DNA from: Syntrophaceae bacterium UBA4059
GTDB lineage: Bacteria > Desulfobacterota > Syntrophia > Syntrophales > Smithellaceae
Direction: 5' to 3'
Length of the DNA: 53,287 nucleotides
Assembly: GCA_002382045.1 (NCBI GenBank)
Contig: DFZJ01000125.1
Span: 1 to 53,287 of the forward strand
Of the stretch, positions 9,426 to 18,745 are shown one piece after another; the stretch's first letter is position 1; each line of letters begins with the position of its first letter. The notes beneath the pieces were generated by a model that was not told where the DNA came from, did not search any database, and saw only the letters and a list, made by a program, of their open reading frames with translations. The translations under genes and the position numbers were made by a program.

Positions 9426-10783
9426 AAAAAGCTTCCTTGTTGAATGATTATTTGAACCGATATGCGGCGGGACCGCCATGGAAACTAACCGCCGGGAATC
9501 TCGAAAACATCGAGCAGGTTGTTGTAATTCCGGCGTATGCGGAAAAAGATCTGATTTTTAGTACGCTGGCTTCTATCGCCGCCAACCATGAAGCCGCTCT
9601 GGAAAAATCTCTCATCCTCTGCGTGATTAACAATAAGGCGGCTGCAGCGGCTCTCGATAAGGAAAATAATGCGCAGACCCTGGCTCGGCTTGCCGCCTTG
9701 ATCAGCAAAAAGTCCTTAAGCCCATTCATGGATACCGACGATCTCCGTGATGCTTTGCCAAGGATTGCCGACAGGCCATTACGATTGGGCTATATGGATG
9801 CTTCTTCCCCCGGTCTGGAAATTCCTCACCCTGTTGGCGGCGTGGGGATGGCGCGCAAAATCGGGATGGATGCGGCTTTGCGCCTGCTTATGAATTCCGG
9901 AGACGGCCCGCGGCTCATTCTAAGCCTGGATGCTGATACCCTGGTTCGGCCGGACTATTTATCGTCGGTTCGGAATGTTTTTACCTCGGGAATGGCTCAA
10001 ACCGGCACGATTGCTTATGAACATCAAATGCCATCAGACCGAATCGAGCAGATGGCGATTAGCTGCTATGAAATCTTCCTGCGTTACTGGGTATTGGGCC
10101 TGCAATATGCCGAATCGCCCTATGCCTTTCATTCGATAGGGTCAACCATTGTGACAACGGCCGATACTTATCTTGCCGTACGGGGAATGAATCGCCGTGA
10201 GGCGGGAGAAGATTTTTATTTTCTGAATAAACTGGCCAAAATAAGTCCGATCCGTCAAATCGGAGAAACCGTGGTTTATCCATCCGCGCGTGTTTCCAAA
10301 CGGGTTCCCTTCGGCACAGGAGCGGCGGTTGGAAAAACCGTTTCCGGAGAAAGACAGGAACACTCTCTTTACGATCCACGGATATTTATCATTTTGAAAG
10401 AGTGGATCGCTTTGATGAAGCAATGTTTTAATCAATCCGCAGATCAAATTATGGCCCGGGCGCGGGATATCGATCCGGGACTGGAATCTTTTTTAGCTGC
10501 CCGGGGTTTTCTATCAGTCTGGCCGAAAATACGCAGTAACTTAAAGGATCAGAAAACGTATATCAGGCAGTTTCACAACTGGTTTGATGGTTTCGAAACA
10601 TTAAAGATGATCAACTATCTGACGAAAGAATATTATCCGCGTATCAGTTTGCTGCCGGCAGTGAAGAAAATTCTGGAACGGCATCATCAGGGATGTCCCG
10701 CCGATCTGCCTGATGGTGACATCTCAGATCAGGAAAATCTCATGCGGGTTCTGCTTCATCTCAGGGGGTGTCGGAAAAGCTGA
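9422..10783 (+). CDS. Uncharacterised GT-A-fold (family-2-like) glycosyltransferase domain protein
   Basis: 453-aa ORF with VVVIPAYAEKD (GT2-like first strand), LSLDADTLV (DxD-like) and AGEDFYFLNKLAK. The start ATG overlaps the miaA stop (ATGA at 9422-9425). The family assignment is tentative. Confidence 0.5.
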   Translation: MKKASLLNDYLNRYAAGPPWKLTAGNLENIEQVVVIPAYAEKDLIFSTLASIAANHEAALEKSLILCVINNKAAAAALDKENNAQTLARLAALISKKSLSPFMDTDDLRDALPRIADRPLRLGYMDASSPGLEIPHPVGGVGMARKIGMDAALRLLMNSGDGPRLILSLDADTLVRPDYLSSVRNVFTSGMAQTGTIAYEHQMPSDRIEQMAISCYEIFLRYWVLGLQYAESPYAFHSIGSTIVTTADTYLAVRGMNRREAGEDFYFLNKLAKISPIRQIGETVVYPSARVSKRVPFGTGAAVGKTVSGERQEHSLYDPRIFIILKEWIALMKQCFNQSADQIMARARDIDPGLESFLAARGFLSVWPKIRSNLKDQKTYIRQFHNWFDGFETLKMINYLTKEYYPRISLLPAVKKILERHHQGCPADLPDGDISDQENLMRVLLHLRGCRKS

Positions 10784-10810
10784 ACCAGAAGGAGCTTACG
10801 GATAATCTTC

Positions 10811-10839
10811 TTGACGAGCCGGGATGATTTCGCATATAG
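10811..10839 (+). promoter_or_regulatory. Candidate sigma70-type promoter of the PPIase gene
   Basis: TTGACG (10811-10816), 17-nt spacer, ATATAG (10834-10839). Pattern match only. Confidence 0.3.
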
Positions 10840-10884
10840 ATCAAAGCCCATTTTGTGATTTGAAATGACATCGGGAGGAAATTG

Positions 10885-11961
10885 ATGAATAGAAATATTT
10901 TAAGAAATGGATTAACTGTTCTGGTTGCCATTTTGATAGTCGTCTCGTTTGGATGCAGTAAAAAAGAAGAAGCCCCTCCGGTGTCTCCGGATCAGAAGAC
11001 ACAGAAAGCACAACCCGAACCCCTTCTGGGCATGGATAAGGCATTGACAACACCTGCCTTAGAAACCTCGCAAATGGATCTTCAGAATGTGGCGGTCAGC
11101 GTTGACGGTGTTATTTTAAAGAAGGATGTCCTGGCCAGAAGCGTCCAGGCAAAACTGAAACTTTTAAAAGACAAAATTCCGGCGGACAAGAAGAAAAAAG
11201 CTCAGGCCGGGATAAAAAAACAGACGATGGATGATTTCGTCATGCGTACACTCCTGACCAACGAAGCAAACAATAAAAACGTTAAAGCAACGGATAAAGA
11301 GATCCAGGCGGCCGTAAATCAAATTAAGGCGAATCTTCCACCCGATAAAAAACTCGAAGATTTTCTTAAAGAGAACCAGATTTCACGGGAAGATATCGCG
11401 TTGGGAATCAAAATAAAAAAACTGATCGACATGGAAAAAGGCGGGAAAATAAAGCCGACACAAAAAGAAATCAGTAAATTTTACCAGGATAATAAAGATA
11501 AATTGATGACGCAGGATGCTGTTCATGTCCGTCATATATTGATTACATTCGACGCCAAAGACGATGAAAAAATTAAAGCTGAAAAGAAAGCAAAGATAGA
11601 TAATCTGCGCAAGCAGCTTTTGGAAGGCGCTGATTTTGCCGAAATCGCTAAAAACAATTCCGATTGCCCCAGCAAAGAAAATGGCGGCGATCTGGGCGAA
11701 ATCAAAAAAGGTCAGACGATCAAAGCCTTTGAAGATGCGGCTTTTACACAGGAGAAAGATGCGATCGGTCCGGTTGTGACCACGGAATACGGCCATCACA
11801 TCATTCAGGTTTTGGAACGTAAACCCGGCAGTGCCGTTAAATTAGATGAAGTGAAGGATAAAATCGCCCAGTACCTGGAACAGCAGAAACAGGCGGAAGC
11901 GTTTGCTCGGATGACGGCCCGATTAAGGAAAAACGCGGTTATTATTTATAACGAGAAATAA
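10885..11961 (+). CDS. PpiC/parvulin-type peptidyl-prolyl isomerase lipoprotein (PrsA/SurA-like)
   Basis: Lipobox VVSFGCS after a signal peptide. Parvulin core VHVRHILI...CPSKENGGDLGEIKKGQTIKAFEDAAF...GHHIIQV. ATG 10885 follows GGGAGGA. Confidence 0.8.
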   Translation: MNRNILRNGLTVLVAILIVVSFGCSKKEEAPPVSPDQKTQKAQPEPLLGMDKALTTPALETSQMDLQNVAVSVDGVILKKDVLARSVQAKLKLLKDKIPADKKKKAQAGIKKQTMDDFVMRTLLTNEANNKNVKATDKEIQAAVNQIKANLPPDKKLEDFLKENQISREDIALGIKIKKLIDMEKGGKIKPTQKEISKFYQDNKDKLMTQDAVHVRHILITFDAKDDEKIKAEKKAKIDNLRKQLLEGADFAEIAKNNSDCPSKENGGDLGEIKKGQTIKAFEDAAFTQEKDAIGPVVTTEYGHHIIQVLERKPGSAVKLDEVKDKIAQYLEQQKQAEAFARMTARLRKNAVIIYNEK

Positions 11962-12863
11962 TGAGATTAAGGAAAGCAGGTCCGATTTGCGAAGGTCTCC
12001 GGCTTCTGGGCACGGAGGAATCCTGTGTCTATTTACTGGAAGGAAGGACAACATCCGCTCTGATCAGCGCGGGTTTGAGTTATATTTTGCCGGATTTATG
12101 CAGGCAGATCGATTCATCAGGTATTGACGGAAAAAAAATAGGACATCTTATTATTCTGCACGCTCATTTCGATCACGTCGGTGTCGTCCCTTTTCTCAAA
12201 AGGAAATGGCCTCATTTAAAGATTTACGCTTCATCCCGGGGATGGGAGGTTCTGGCAAACCCGAAAGCGATTTCGGTCATCAATGAATTTACGCTCAAAG
12301 TCTGCCGGAGAGTAAGGGGCAATGCCGATAGCCTGTCCACAATCGACTGGCAATGGCGTGATGATGTGCATGGCGAAGCATTAAAACAAAACAGTTGTAT
12401 TGATCTGGGCGGCAGACAAATTGAAATTCATGAGACGCCGGGTCACTCCTCCTGCTCCATTTCCGCTTACGTTCCTCAAATGAAGGTTTTGTTTCCCTCG
12501 GATGCCGTGGCTATTCCGTATCAAGACGAATATGTCATTGCCGCCGGGTCAAGTTTTGAGGCCTATCAAAAAAGCATGGATCAACTGGCTTTACTGGATA
12601 TTGAAATGTTATGCGCAGATCATTACGGAATCGTCACCGGAGCAGAGGCAAAGCATTATGTTGCGGACAGCAAAACCGCGGCATATCAGATGGTCGATCA
12701 GTTGCATCTGACGCTCAGAAACGAGGGCAGCGTCGAGAGAGCGGCAGCCCTGCTGGTTGACCGTCATTTCAAGAAAAGGCCCGATTACTTCGTTCATCCG
12801 GACATCCTGCTGAGAACTTATACGCAAATGTTAAAACAGTTTGCCCGTTCGGATGAACAGTAA
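11961..12863 (+). CDS. MBL-fold metallo-hydrolase
   Basis: HAHFDHVG metal-binding motif. The start ATG shares one base with the upstream TAA (TAATG). Confidence 0.75.
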   Translation: MRLRKAGPICEGLRLLGTEESCVYLLEGRTTSALISAGLSYILPDLCRQIDSSGIDGKKIGHLIILHAHFDHVGVVPFLKRKWPHLKIYASSRGWEVLANPKAISVINEFTLKVCRRVRGNADSLSTIDWQWRDDVHGEALKQNSCIDLGGRQIEIHETPGHSSCSISAYVPQMKVLFPSDAVAIPYQDEYVIAAGSSFEAYQKSMDQLALLDIEMLCADHYGIVTGAEAKHYVADSKTAAYQMVDQLHLTLRNEGSVERAAALLVDRHFKKRPDYFVHPDILLRTYTQMLKQFARSDEQ

Positions 12864-12865
12864 TT

Positions 12866-13684
12866 TTATTTAAAACTGTGTTCAGCATCCGGGAAAGCGC
12901 TTGTTTTGACATCCTGGACGTAGTGTTTGACGGCGTTTTTGATTTCAAGATTCAAGTTGGCATATTTCTTAACAAACTTCGGCGTCATTCTGTCATACAT
13001 TCCGAGCATGTCATTGACCACCAGCACCTGTCCGTCGCAGTGAACACCGGCGCCGATGCCGATCGTGGGAATAGACAGCGCGGCCGTGATTTCCGCCGCC
13101 AGCTTTTCGGGCACGCATTCCAATACCACTGAAAAAGCGCCCGCTTCCTCCAGAATCTTTGCGTCCTGCAAGATGGCATCCGCCGCATCTTCCTTTTTAC
13201 CCTGGACCTTATAACCTCCTAACTGATGGACGGATTGCGGTGTTAAACCCAAATGAGCCATAACAGGAATTCCCGCATAGGTCATTTTATGGATAATTTC
13301 GGCGTGTTCCCGGCCGCCTTCCAGTTTTACCGCTTGTGCGTCGGCTTCTTTCAAAAAGCGGCCGGCATTGGCCAGCGCCGCCTCCTGCGAGACCTGGTAT
13401 GATAAAAATGGCATATCGGCGACAATCATGGCTTTGCTGGAACCACGGGCAACCGCCTGGGTGTGATGCAGCATATCTTCCATGGTGACGGGAAGTGTTG
13501 AATCGTAACCCAGCACCACCATGCCCAGAGAATCACCCACGAGAAGGATGTCAATGCCGCTTTCGTCCAGAATGGCGGCCATTCCGTAATCGTAGGCCGT
13601 CAGCATCGTTATTTTTTCTCCCAGCGTTTTCATTTTCTTGATATCAAGAATGGTTTTACGGTTAATCCTGGTTTGTGTGCTCAT
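12866..13684 (-). CDS. panB: 3-methyl-2-oxobutanoate hydroxymethyltransferase
   Basis: [51 protein letters not shown] and GGYKVQGK are canonical PanB motifs. Confidence 0.9.
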   Translation of the reverse strand: MSTQTRINRKTILDIKKMKTLGEKITMLTAYDYGMAAILDESGIDILLVGDSLGMVVLGYDSTLPVTMEDMLHHTQAVARGSSKAMIVADMPFLSYQVSQEAALANAGRFLKEADAQAVKLEGGREHAEIIHKMTYAGIPVMAHLGLTPQSVHQLGGYKVQGKKEDAADAILQDAKILEEAGAFSVVLECVPEKLAAEITAALSIPTIGIGAGVHCDGQVLVVNDMLGMYDRMTPKFVKKYANLNLEIKNAVKHYVQDVKTSAFPDAEHSFK

Positions 13685-14574
13685 TTTTGGGCTCCTTTGA
13701 ACAACTTTGTCATTATTTTTGCCTGACTTAAACTCAATGTTCCCTTTTGACGCGCCAGTTTCACGGCAATCATTCCCATATTGGCGTACAATGATGCGTA
13801 CTGGGGAAGATGGCAGGAGATGGCTTTAATGTGTTTTTGAACGGTTCCCGAATCGCCGCGGGCAATCGGTCCCGTAAGGGCATTTGGACAACCCTGTGTT
13901 TCAAGGTTTTTCAGGCTGCCGTAAACCAATGGCAGGTAAGCCTTGCGGGCGTCTTTTTCAGAAAAGCCGATGGATAAATAGATGGATTCCACGACGCTCA
14001 TTAAGGAAACCAGATAATTCGATGCCATGCAGGCCGCGGCGTGATAAAGAGGTTTTTGTTCAGGGGTGACGTAAATGGGAATTCCCCGAAGATCACGGAC
14101 AATAGCCGACGAAAATTTTTTTAAGCCGGCAACTGCCGTTACACCGAAATAGCTGCCGGGGATATTGGAAATAGCGCTGTCGATGGAAGAAAAACTTTGC
14201 AGCGGATGAATGCTGGCAACCATTGCCCCTGCCTTTGTGGCGGGTGCAAGAAGGTCAAGTCCGCCTGCTCCGCTCAAGTGAAAAATCTTTTTGCCCTTGA
14301 CGGATGAACCGTCGACAATTTCCGCGCAGACAGATGCGATGCTGTCGTCAGGGGTTGTGATCAGAAGGCAATCGGCCAGACCCGCCGCCTGGGACGGGTA
14401 TCGGCAGCAGGCAGCGCCTGTTATATAGGATTGCGCTCTTTTTAAATGTGCGGAAGAGGGATCGGTCATCGCCGTTATTTCATAGCCGGCTTTTTTCAAA
14501 AGAGATCCGATGGCTGTTCCGACCATTCCGGTTCCGATCACGGCAAATTTAAAGGATGGTTTATTGCTCATCAT
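13681..14574 (-). CDS. Rossmann-fold NAD(P)-binding protein with DUF2520-like C-terminus (possible PanG-type ketopantoate reductase)
   Basis: [12 protein letters not shown] dinucleotide fold near the N-terminus. The stop overlaps the panB start (ATGA). ATG 14574 follows GGAG. The longer track ORF (to 14718) would read through a terminator hairpin. Confidence 0.6.
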   Translation of the reverse strand: MMSNKPSFKFAVIGTGMVGTAIGSLLKKAGYEITAMTDPSSAHLKRAQSYITGAACCRYPSQAAGLADCLLITTPDDSIASVCAEIVDGSSVKGKKIFHLSGAGGLDLLAPATKAGAMVASIHPLQSFSSIDSAISNIPGSYFGVTAVAGLKKFSSAIVRDLRGIPIYVTPEQKPLYHAAACMASNYLVSLMSVVESIYLSIGFSEKDARKAYLPLVYGSLKNLETQGCPNALTGPIARGDSGTVQKHIKAISCHLPQYASLYANMGMIAVKLARQKGTLSLSQAKIMTKLFKGAQK

Positions 14575-14589
14575 TTTTCTCCAATGAGG

Positions 14590-14624
14590 AAAAAAAAGGG
14601 TCTCCCACAACCTCAGGAAGACCC
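14590..14624 (-). terminator. Intrinsic terminator inside the 5' leader of the DUF2520-panB operon
   Basis: Minus strand: GGGTCTTCC-TGAGGTTGT-GGGAGACCC (9 bp including one G.U) followed by T8. It ends 15 nt upstream of ATG 14574. No minus-strand gene lies upstream for it to terminate. Confidence 0.6.
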
Positions 14625-14797
14625 ATATTTGACAGTGTTTGCCGGCTCCCGTCTCAGTCTGTAACAAGTGATCCAAGCGGTTGGTTATTTTTTTAACATA
14701 CCCATTCGCCCCAGTCAAATGATATTTCTAACGGTATGCTTCACAAAGAACCTTGTTTTTGCACAGTCTCTCGGCTATACAAACACAGGAGAATAAT

Positions 14798-15442
14798 ATG
14801 ACAAAAGTGGATTTGATGATATTTGATTTTGACGGCACAATCGCCGACACGGGTGCAGACCTGGTGTCTTCGGTTAATCACACCTTAACGTCCATGCGGC
14901 TTGATCCGAAACCAGCTGAAGAAATCATCAGTTTTGTCGGCGACGGGATTAAAATATTGATCGAACGGTCGCTTGGAGAAAAATCCGGGAATCGCCTGGA
15001 AGAGGCGATGAATATCTTCAGCGTTTATTACGAAAAGCATATGATGGACCAGACCGTTCTATGCCCGCAGATCGAAAATGTCTTGAAATATTTCAGTCAT
15101 AAAATGAAGGTGATTCTGACCAATAAACGTTACGATTTAACCGTGGCGATTGCCAGGGGGTTGCATATCGATCGCTATTTCATGGAGATTGTGGGCGCCG
15201 ATTCCACACCGTTTCAGAAACCGGATCAACGCGTGGTGGAATATCTTCTGGAAAAATACAATGTGGCCCCGCAGAAAGCCGTTATGATCGGCGACGGCGT
15301 CAATGATGTCGCCGTCGCAAAAAATGCCGGCATATTATCTTGTGCCTATTTGAGCGGTTTAGGGAATAAAAAGAAGCTTCTGGCCATGGAAGCTGATTTT
15401 TATTGTGAGGATCTCCTGGAAATCCATTCTCTGTTTCAATAA
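14798..15442 (+). CDS. HAD-superfamily phosphatase (phosphoglycolate phosphatase-like)
   Basis: Motif I MIFDFDGTIADT, motif III/IV MIGDGVNDV. ATG 14798 follows AGGAG. Confidence 0.75.
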   Translation: MTKVDLMIFDFDGTIADTGADLVSSVNHTLTSMRLDPKPAEEIISFVGDGIKILIERSLGEKSGNRLEEAMNIFSVYYEKHMMDQTVLCPQIENVLKYFSHKMKVILTNKRYDLTVAIARGLHIDRYFMEIVGADSTPFQKPDQRVVEYLLEKYNVAPQKAVMIGDGVNDVAVAKNAGILSCAYLSGLGNKKKLLAMEADFYCEDLLEIHSLFQ

Positions 15443-15444
15443 CC

Positions 15445-16824
15445 ATGATTGAAAAAATCGAGCAAACCATCAAGAAATATCATCTGCTGGAAAAGGGCGA
15501 CCGCGTTGTTGTCGCCTTGTCCGGAGGCGCCGATTCCTGCGCGCTGTTATTGAGCCTGCTTGCCCTTGGAGAAGCCTTGTGTCTGAAAATAATCGTCGCG
15601 CATTTTAATCACGGGTTGCGTCATCTCCGATCCGATGAAGATGAGGTGTTTTGCAGGAACATGGCGCAAAAATCCGGTCTGGTCTTTGTGTCGGAAAAAA
15701 TGCGGCAGACGGCCATTCCCCGTGGCATGTCGCCTGAGGATTATTTTCGTCGGGAAAGGTATCGCTTTTTGGATAAAGTCGCCGCGGACAATGGCGCAAA
15801 TAAAATTGCGCTGGGGCATCATCTGGAAGATCAGGTTGAGACAGTGTTGCTCAATTTTTTGCGCGGTAGTGGATTAGATGGACTCAAAGGGATGCTGCCC
15901 ATGAGGGAAAACAGGTACATTCGTCCCTTGATGGAAGTATCACGAAAGGAAATCATCGCTTTCCTCAAAGAAACCGGCAGCGCATATCGCGAGGACAGTT
16001 CCAATGACAGCGCGGTTTTTTTACGGAACCGTGTCCGCGGGGAGTTGATCCCTTTCCTTAAAGATAAATACAATCCCCGAATTGAACAAAACCTGGTGCG
16101 GATGGCGGAAATTATTCGCCGCGATGACGATTTGATCTGCGGCTATATCCACGCGATCATGGCTTCGTCTCATGTTCAAAAAAGGAAGAATGAAGTGTCT
16201 TTTTCTGCTGAATATTTCAGAGAGCTGCATGCTGCTCTGGGTTACCGGCTGATCAAGGCTCTGCTGGAAAGTCTGGTGTCTGCCGGTGTGGGTTTTTCAT
16301 CGTCCCATATTCAATTACTTGTCGATCTGGCGGGGGGAAATTCATCGGGAAAGGCGGTTTCATTACCCTATGGGCTCTACGCGCTGAAAGAATATGACCG
16401 TATCTTCATCAGGCGTGACAGGATTGACCCCATACCAGATTACGAATACCCAATAACCATTCCAGGAACAGTTGATTTAAAAGAAAGGCGACTTATCTTA
16501 TCAGCTAGATGGGCAGCGATCGATGAACTTGATTTTAAGTGCCGTCAGAATGCATATTTTGATGCGGATAAGATCAAAGGATCTCTTCTGGTTCGGAACC
16601 GGAGATGCGGCGACTGGTTTGAACCGCTCGGAACAAAGGGATCGCAAAAAATAAAAAAACTATTCATTGATCGAAAGATACCCAGGCCGGAACGTGACCG
16701 GATTGCGTTGATCACCGATCAGGAATCCGTGATCTGGATTGAAAACATGCACTTGAGTGAAAGAATTAAAGTATCGCCTCAAACAAAAAGAATGGTAATA
16801 CTCGAAATTCGTTCCCCGTCATGA
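15445..16824 (+). CDS. tilS: tRNA(Ile)-lysidine synthase
   Basis: PP-loop VALSGGADSCALL, AHFNHGLR, LGHHLEDQVETVL. Typical TilS length and C-terminal domain. Confidence 0.85.
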   Translation: MIEKIEQTIKKYHLLEKGDRVVVALSGGADSCALLLSLLALGEALCLKIIVAHFNHGLRHLRSDEDEVFCRNMAQKSGLVFVSEKMRQTAIPRGMSPEDYFRRERYRFLDKVAADNGANKIALGHHLEDQVETVLLNFLRGSGLDGLKGMLPMRENRYIRPLMEVSRKEIIAFLKETGSAYREDSSNDSAVFLRNRVRGELIPFLKDKYNPRIEQNLVRMAEIIRRDDDLICGYIHAIMASSHVQKRKNEVSFSAEYFRELHAALGYRLIKALLESLVSAGVGFSSSHIQLLVDLAGGNSSGKAVSLPYGLYALKEYDRIFIRRDRIDPIPDYEYPITIPGTVDLKERRLILSARWAAIDELDFKCRQNAYFDADKIKGSLLVRNRRCGDWFEPLGTKGSQKIKKLFIDRKIPRPERDRIALITDQESVIWIENMHLSERIKVSPQTKRMVILEIRSPS

Positions 16825-16913
16825 GGCAGCGGAGCCCTATAAGAAAATATTTGAGTTAAATTGGATATTATTATAAAGGTCAGGAAACATATTTAATTTT
16901 AAGGAGAAAAATA

Positions 16914-18728
16914 TTGAATCAGTTTCAAAAAAATATAGCACTTGTGCTGACGGTGCTTCTGGTTTTTTTGCTTGTCTGGCAGTTGTTTAATCAGCAGAAA
17001 TCCCCTGCAAAAGAAATTAATTACACGGAAATGTTGTCCCACCTGAACAATGGCGAGATTATGGAAGTGACCATCCAGGGGGACGCCATAACGGGCAAAC
17101 TGGCATCTGGAAATATCTTTAAAGCATACGCTCCTAAAGATGATGAACTGATTAAAATGTTCCGGGCGAAAAACATCAAAATTACGGCTAAACCGCTGGA
17201 AGAAAATCCCTGGTATATGATTTTCATTTCGTGGTTTCCCATGCTGTTACTCATCGGGGTGTGGATTTTCTTCATGCGTCAGATGCAGTCGGGTGGCGGC
17301 AAAGCGATGTCTTTTGGAAAAAGCAGAGCGCGCCTCATTACGGATAAATCAAAAAAAGTGACGTTTGCCGATGTGGCCGGCATCAATGAAGCCAAAGCGG
17401 AACTTGAAGAAGTCATCGACTTTTTAAAAGATCCCAAAAAATACACCAAACTGGGCGGCCGTATTCCCAAGGGATTATTACTGGTAGGCCCTCCCGGAAC
17501 CGGTAAAACACTTCTGGCGCGCGCGATTGCCGGCGAGGCCGATGTTCCCTTTCTGAGTATCAGCGGTTCTGATTTTGTGGAAATGTTTGTCGGTGTGGGC
17601 GCCTCCCGTGTGCGTGATTTGTTCAGTCAGGCCAAGAAGAACGCGCCTTGTATTATTTTTATCGATGAAATTGACGCCGTGGGACGTCACCGCGGCGCGG
17701 GTTTAGGGGGCGGTCATGATGAACGCGAGCAGACCCTCAACCAGCTGCTGGTGGAAATGGACGGATTTGAATCCAACGAAGGTGTCATTCTGGTTTCCGC
17801 CACCAACCGTCCCGATGTTCTGGATCCTGCGCTTTTGCGGCCGGGTCGTTTTGACCGGCAGGTGGTTGTGCCTCTGCCTGATGTCAAAGGACGGGAAAAA
17901 ATATTTGAAGTGCACGCGCGCAAGGCGCCGGTTGCCGACGATGTCGATTTTGCCATTCTGGCCCGGGGAACGCCCGGCACATCTGGCGCCGATATTGAAA
18001 ATCTGGTTAACGAGGCGGTTTTAAATGCCGCCCGGTTGAATAAAGACAAGGTCAACATGATTGACTTTGAATTTGCCAAAGACAAGGTTCTGATGGGTAC
18101 AGAGAGAAAGAGTATGGTCATCAGCGATTTGGAAAAACGCAATACGGCCTATCATGAATCCGGCCACACCCTGGTTGCCCGTTTGATTCCCGGAACCGAT
18201 CCGATCCACAAAGTCACCATTATTCCTCGCGGCAGAGCTTTGGGTTTGACGCAGCAGTTGCCGATTGATGAAAAGCACACCTATCCCAGTCAATATCTGG
18301 AAAACAATATCGCCATCCTGCTGGGGGGGCGCGCCGCTGAAGAGATTGTTCTGAAAGATTATACGACCGGCGCCGGCAATGATATTGAAAGAGCCACCAA
18401 TCTTGCCCGTAAAATGGTGTGTGAATGGGGCATGAGCGAGAAAATGGGACCGCTCAGCTACGGCAAGAAAGAAGAGCAGATATTTTTAGGACGCGAATTT
18501 GCCACGCACAAGGATTACAGCGAGGATACGGCAAAACATATTGATGCGGAAGTGGCGGCAATCGTCAAGCGCAACTACGATAAAGCCATGTCGTTGTTAA
18601 ACGAACATATTGATATCCTTCACAATATATCAAGAGAACTTCTTGAAAAAGAGGTGCTTAACAGCACGGAAATTGACGAAATCATCGGCAGCGCACTGCC
18701 TGCGCAACCAGCGCCGCAGAATCAATAA
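16914..18728 (+). CDS. ftsH: ATP-dependent zinc metalloprotease FtsH
   Basis: Two N-terminal TM segments, AAA+ Walker A GPPGTGKT, Walker [13 protein letters not shown], zinc motif HESGH. TTG start after GGAGAAAAA. Confidence 0.95.
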   Translation: MNQFQKNIALVLTVLLVFLLVWQLFNQQKSPAKEINYTEMLSHLNNGEIMEVTIQGDAITGKLASGNIFKAYAPKDDELIKMFRAKNIKITAKPLEENPWYMIFISWFPMLLLIGVWIFFMRQMQSGGGKAMSFGKSRARLITDKSKKVTFADVAGINEAKAELEEVIDFLKDPKKYTKLGGRIPKGLLLVGPPGTGKTLLARAIAGEADVPFLSISGSDFVEMFVGVGASRVRDLFSQAKKNAPCIIFIDEIDAVGRHRGAGLGGGHDEREQTLNQLLVEMDGFESNEGVILVSATNRPDVLDPALLRPGRFDRQVVVPLPDVKGREKIFEVHARKAPVADDVDFAILARGTPGTSGADIENLVNEAVLNAARLNKDKVNMIDFEFAKDKVLMGTERKSMVISDLEKRNTAYHESGHTLVARLIPGTDPIHKVTIIPRGRALGLTQQLPIDEKHTYPSQYLENNIAILLGGRAAEEIVLKDYTTGAGNDIERATNLARKMVCEWGMSEKMGPLSYGKKEEQIFLGREFATHKDYSEDTAKHIDAEVAAIVKRNYDKAMSLLNEHIDILHNISRELLEKEVLNSTEIDEIIGSALPAQPAPQNQ

Positions 18729-18745
18729 GTTGATGATGGCCCGAT

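Noticed and set aside
17714-18142. 142-aa minus-strand ORF inside ftsH (also 17021-17275, 17478-17690, 18021-18293)
   Set aside because: They lie opposite an unambiguous FtsH coding sequence, have no motifs and show Ser/Arg-rich shadow composition.
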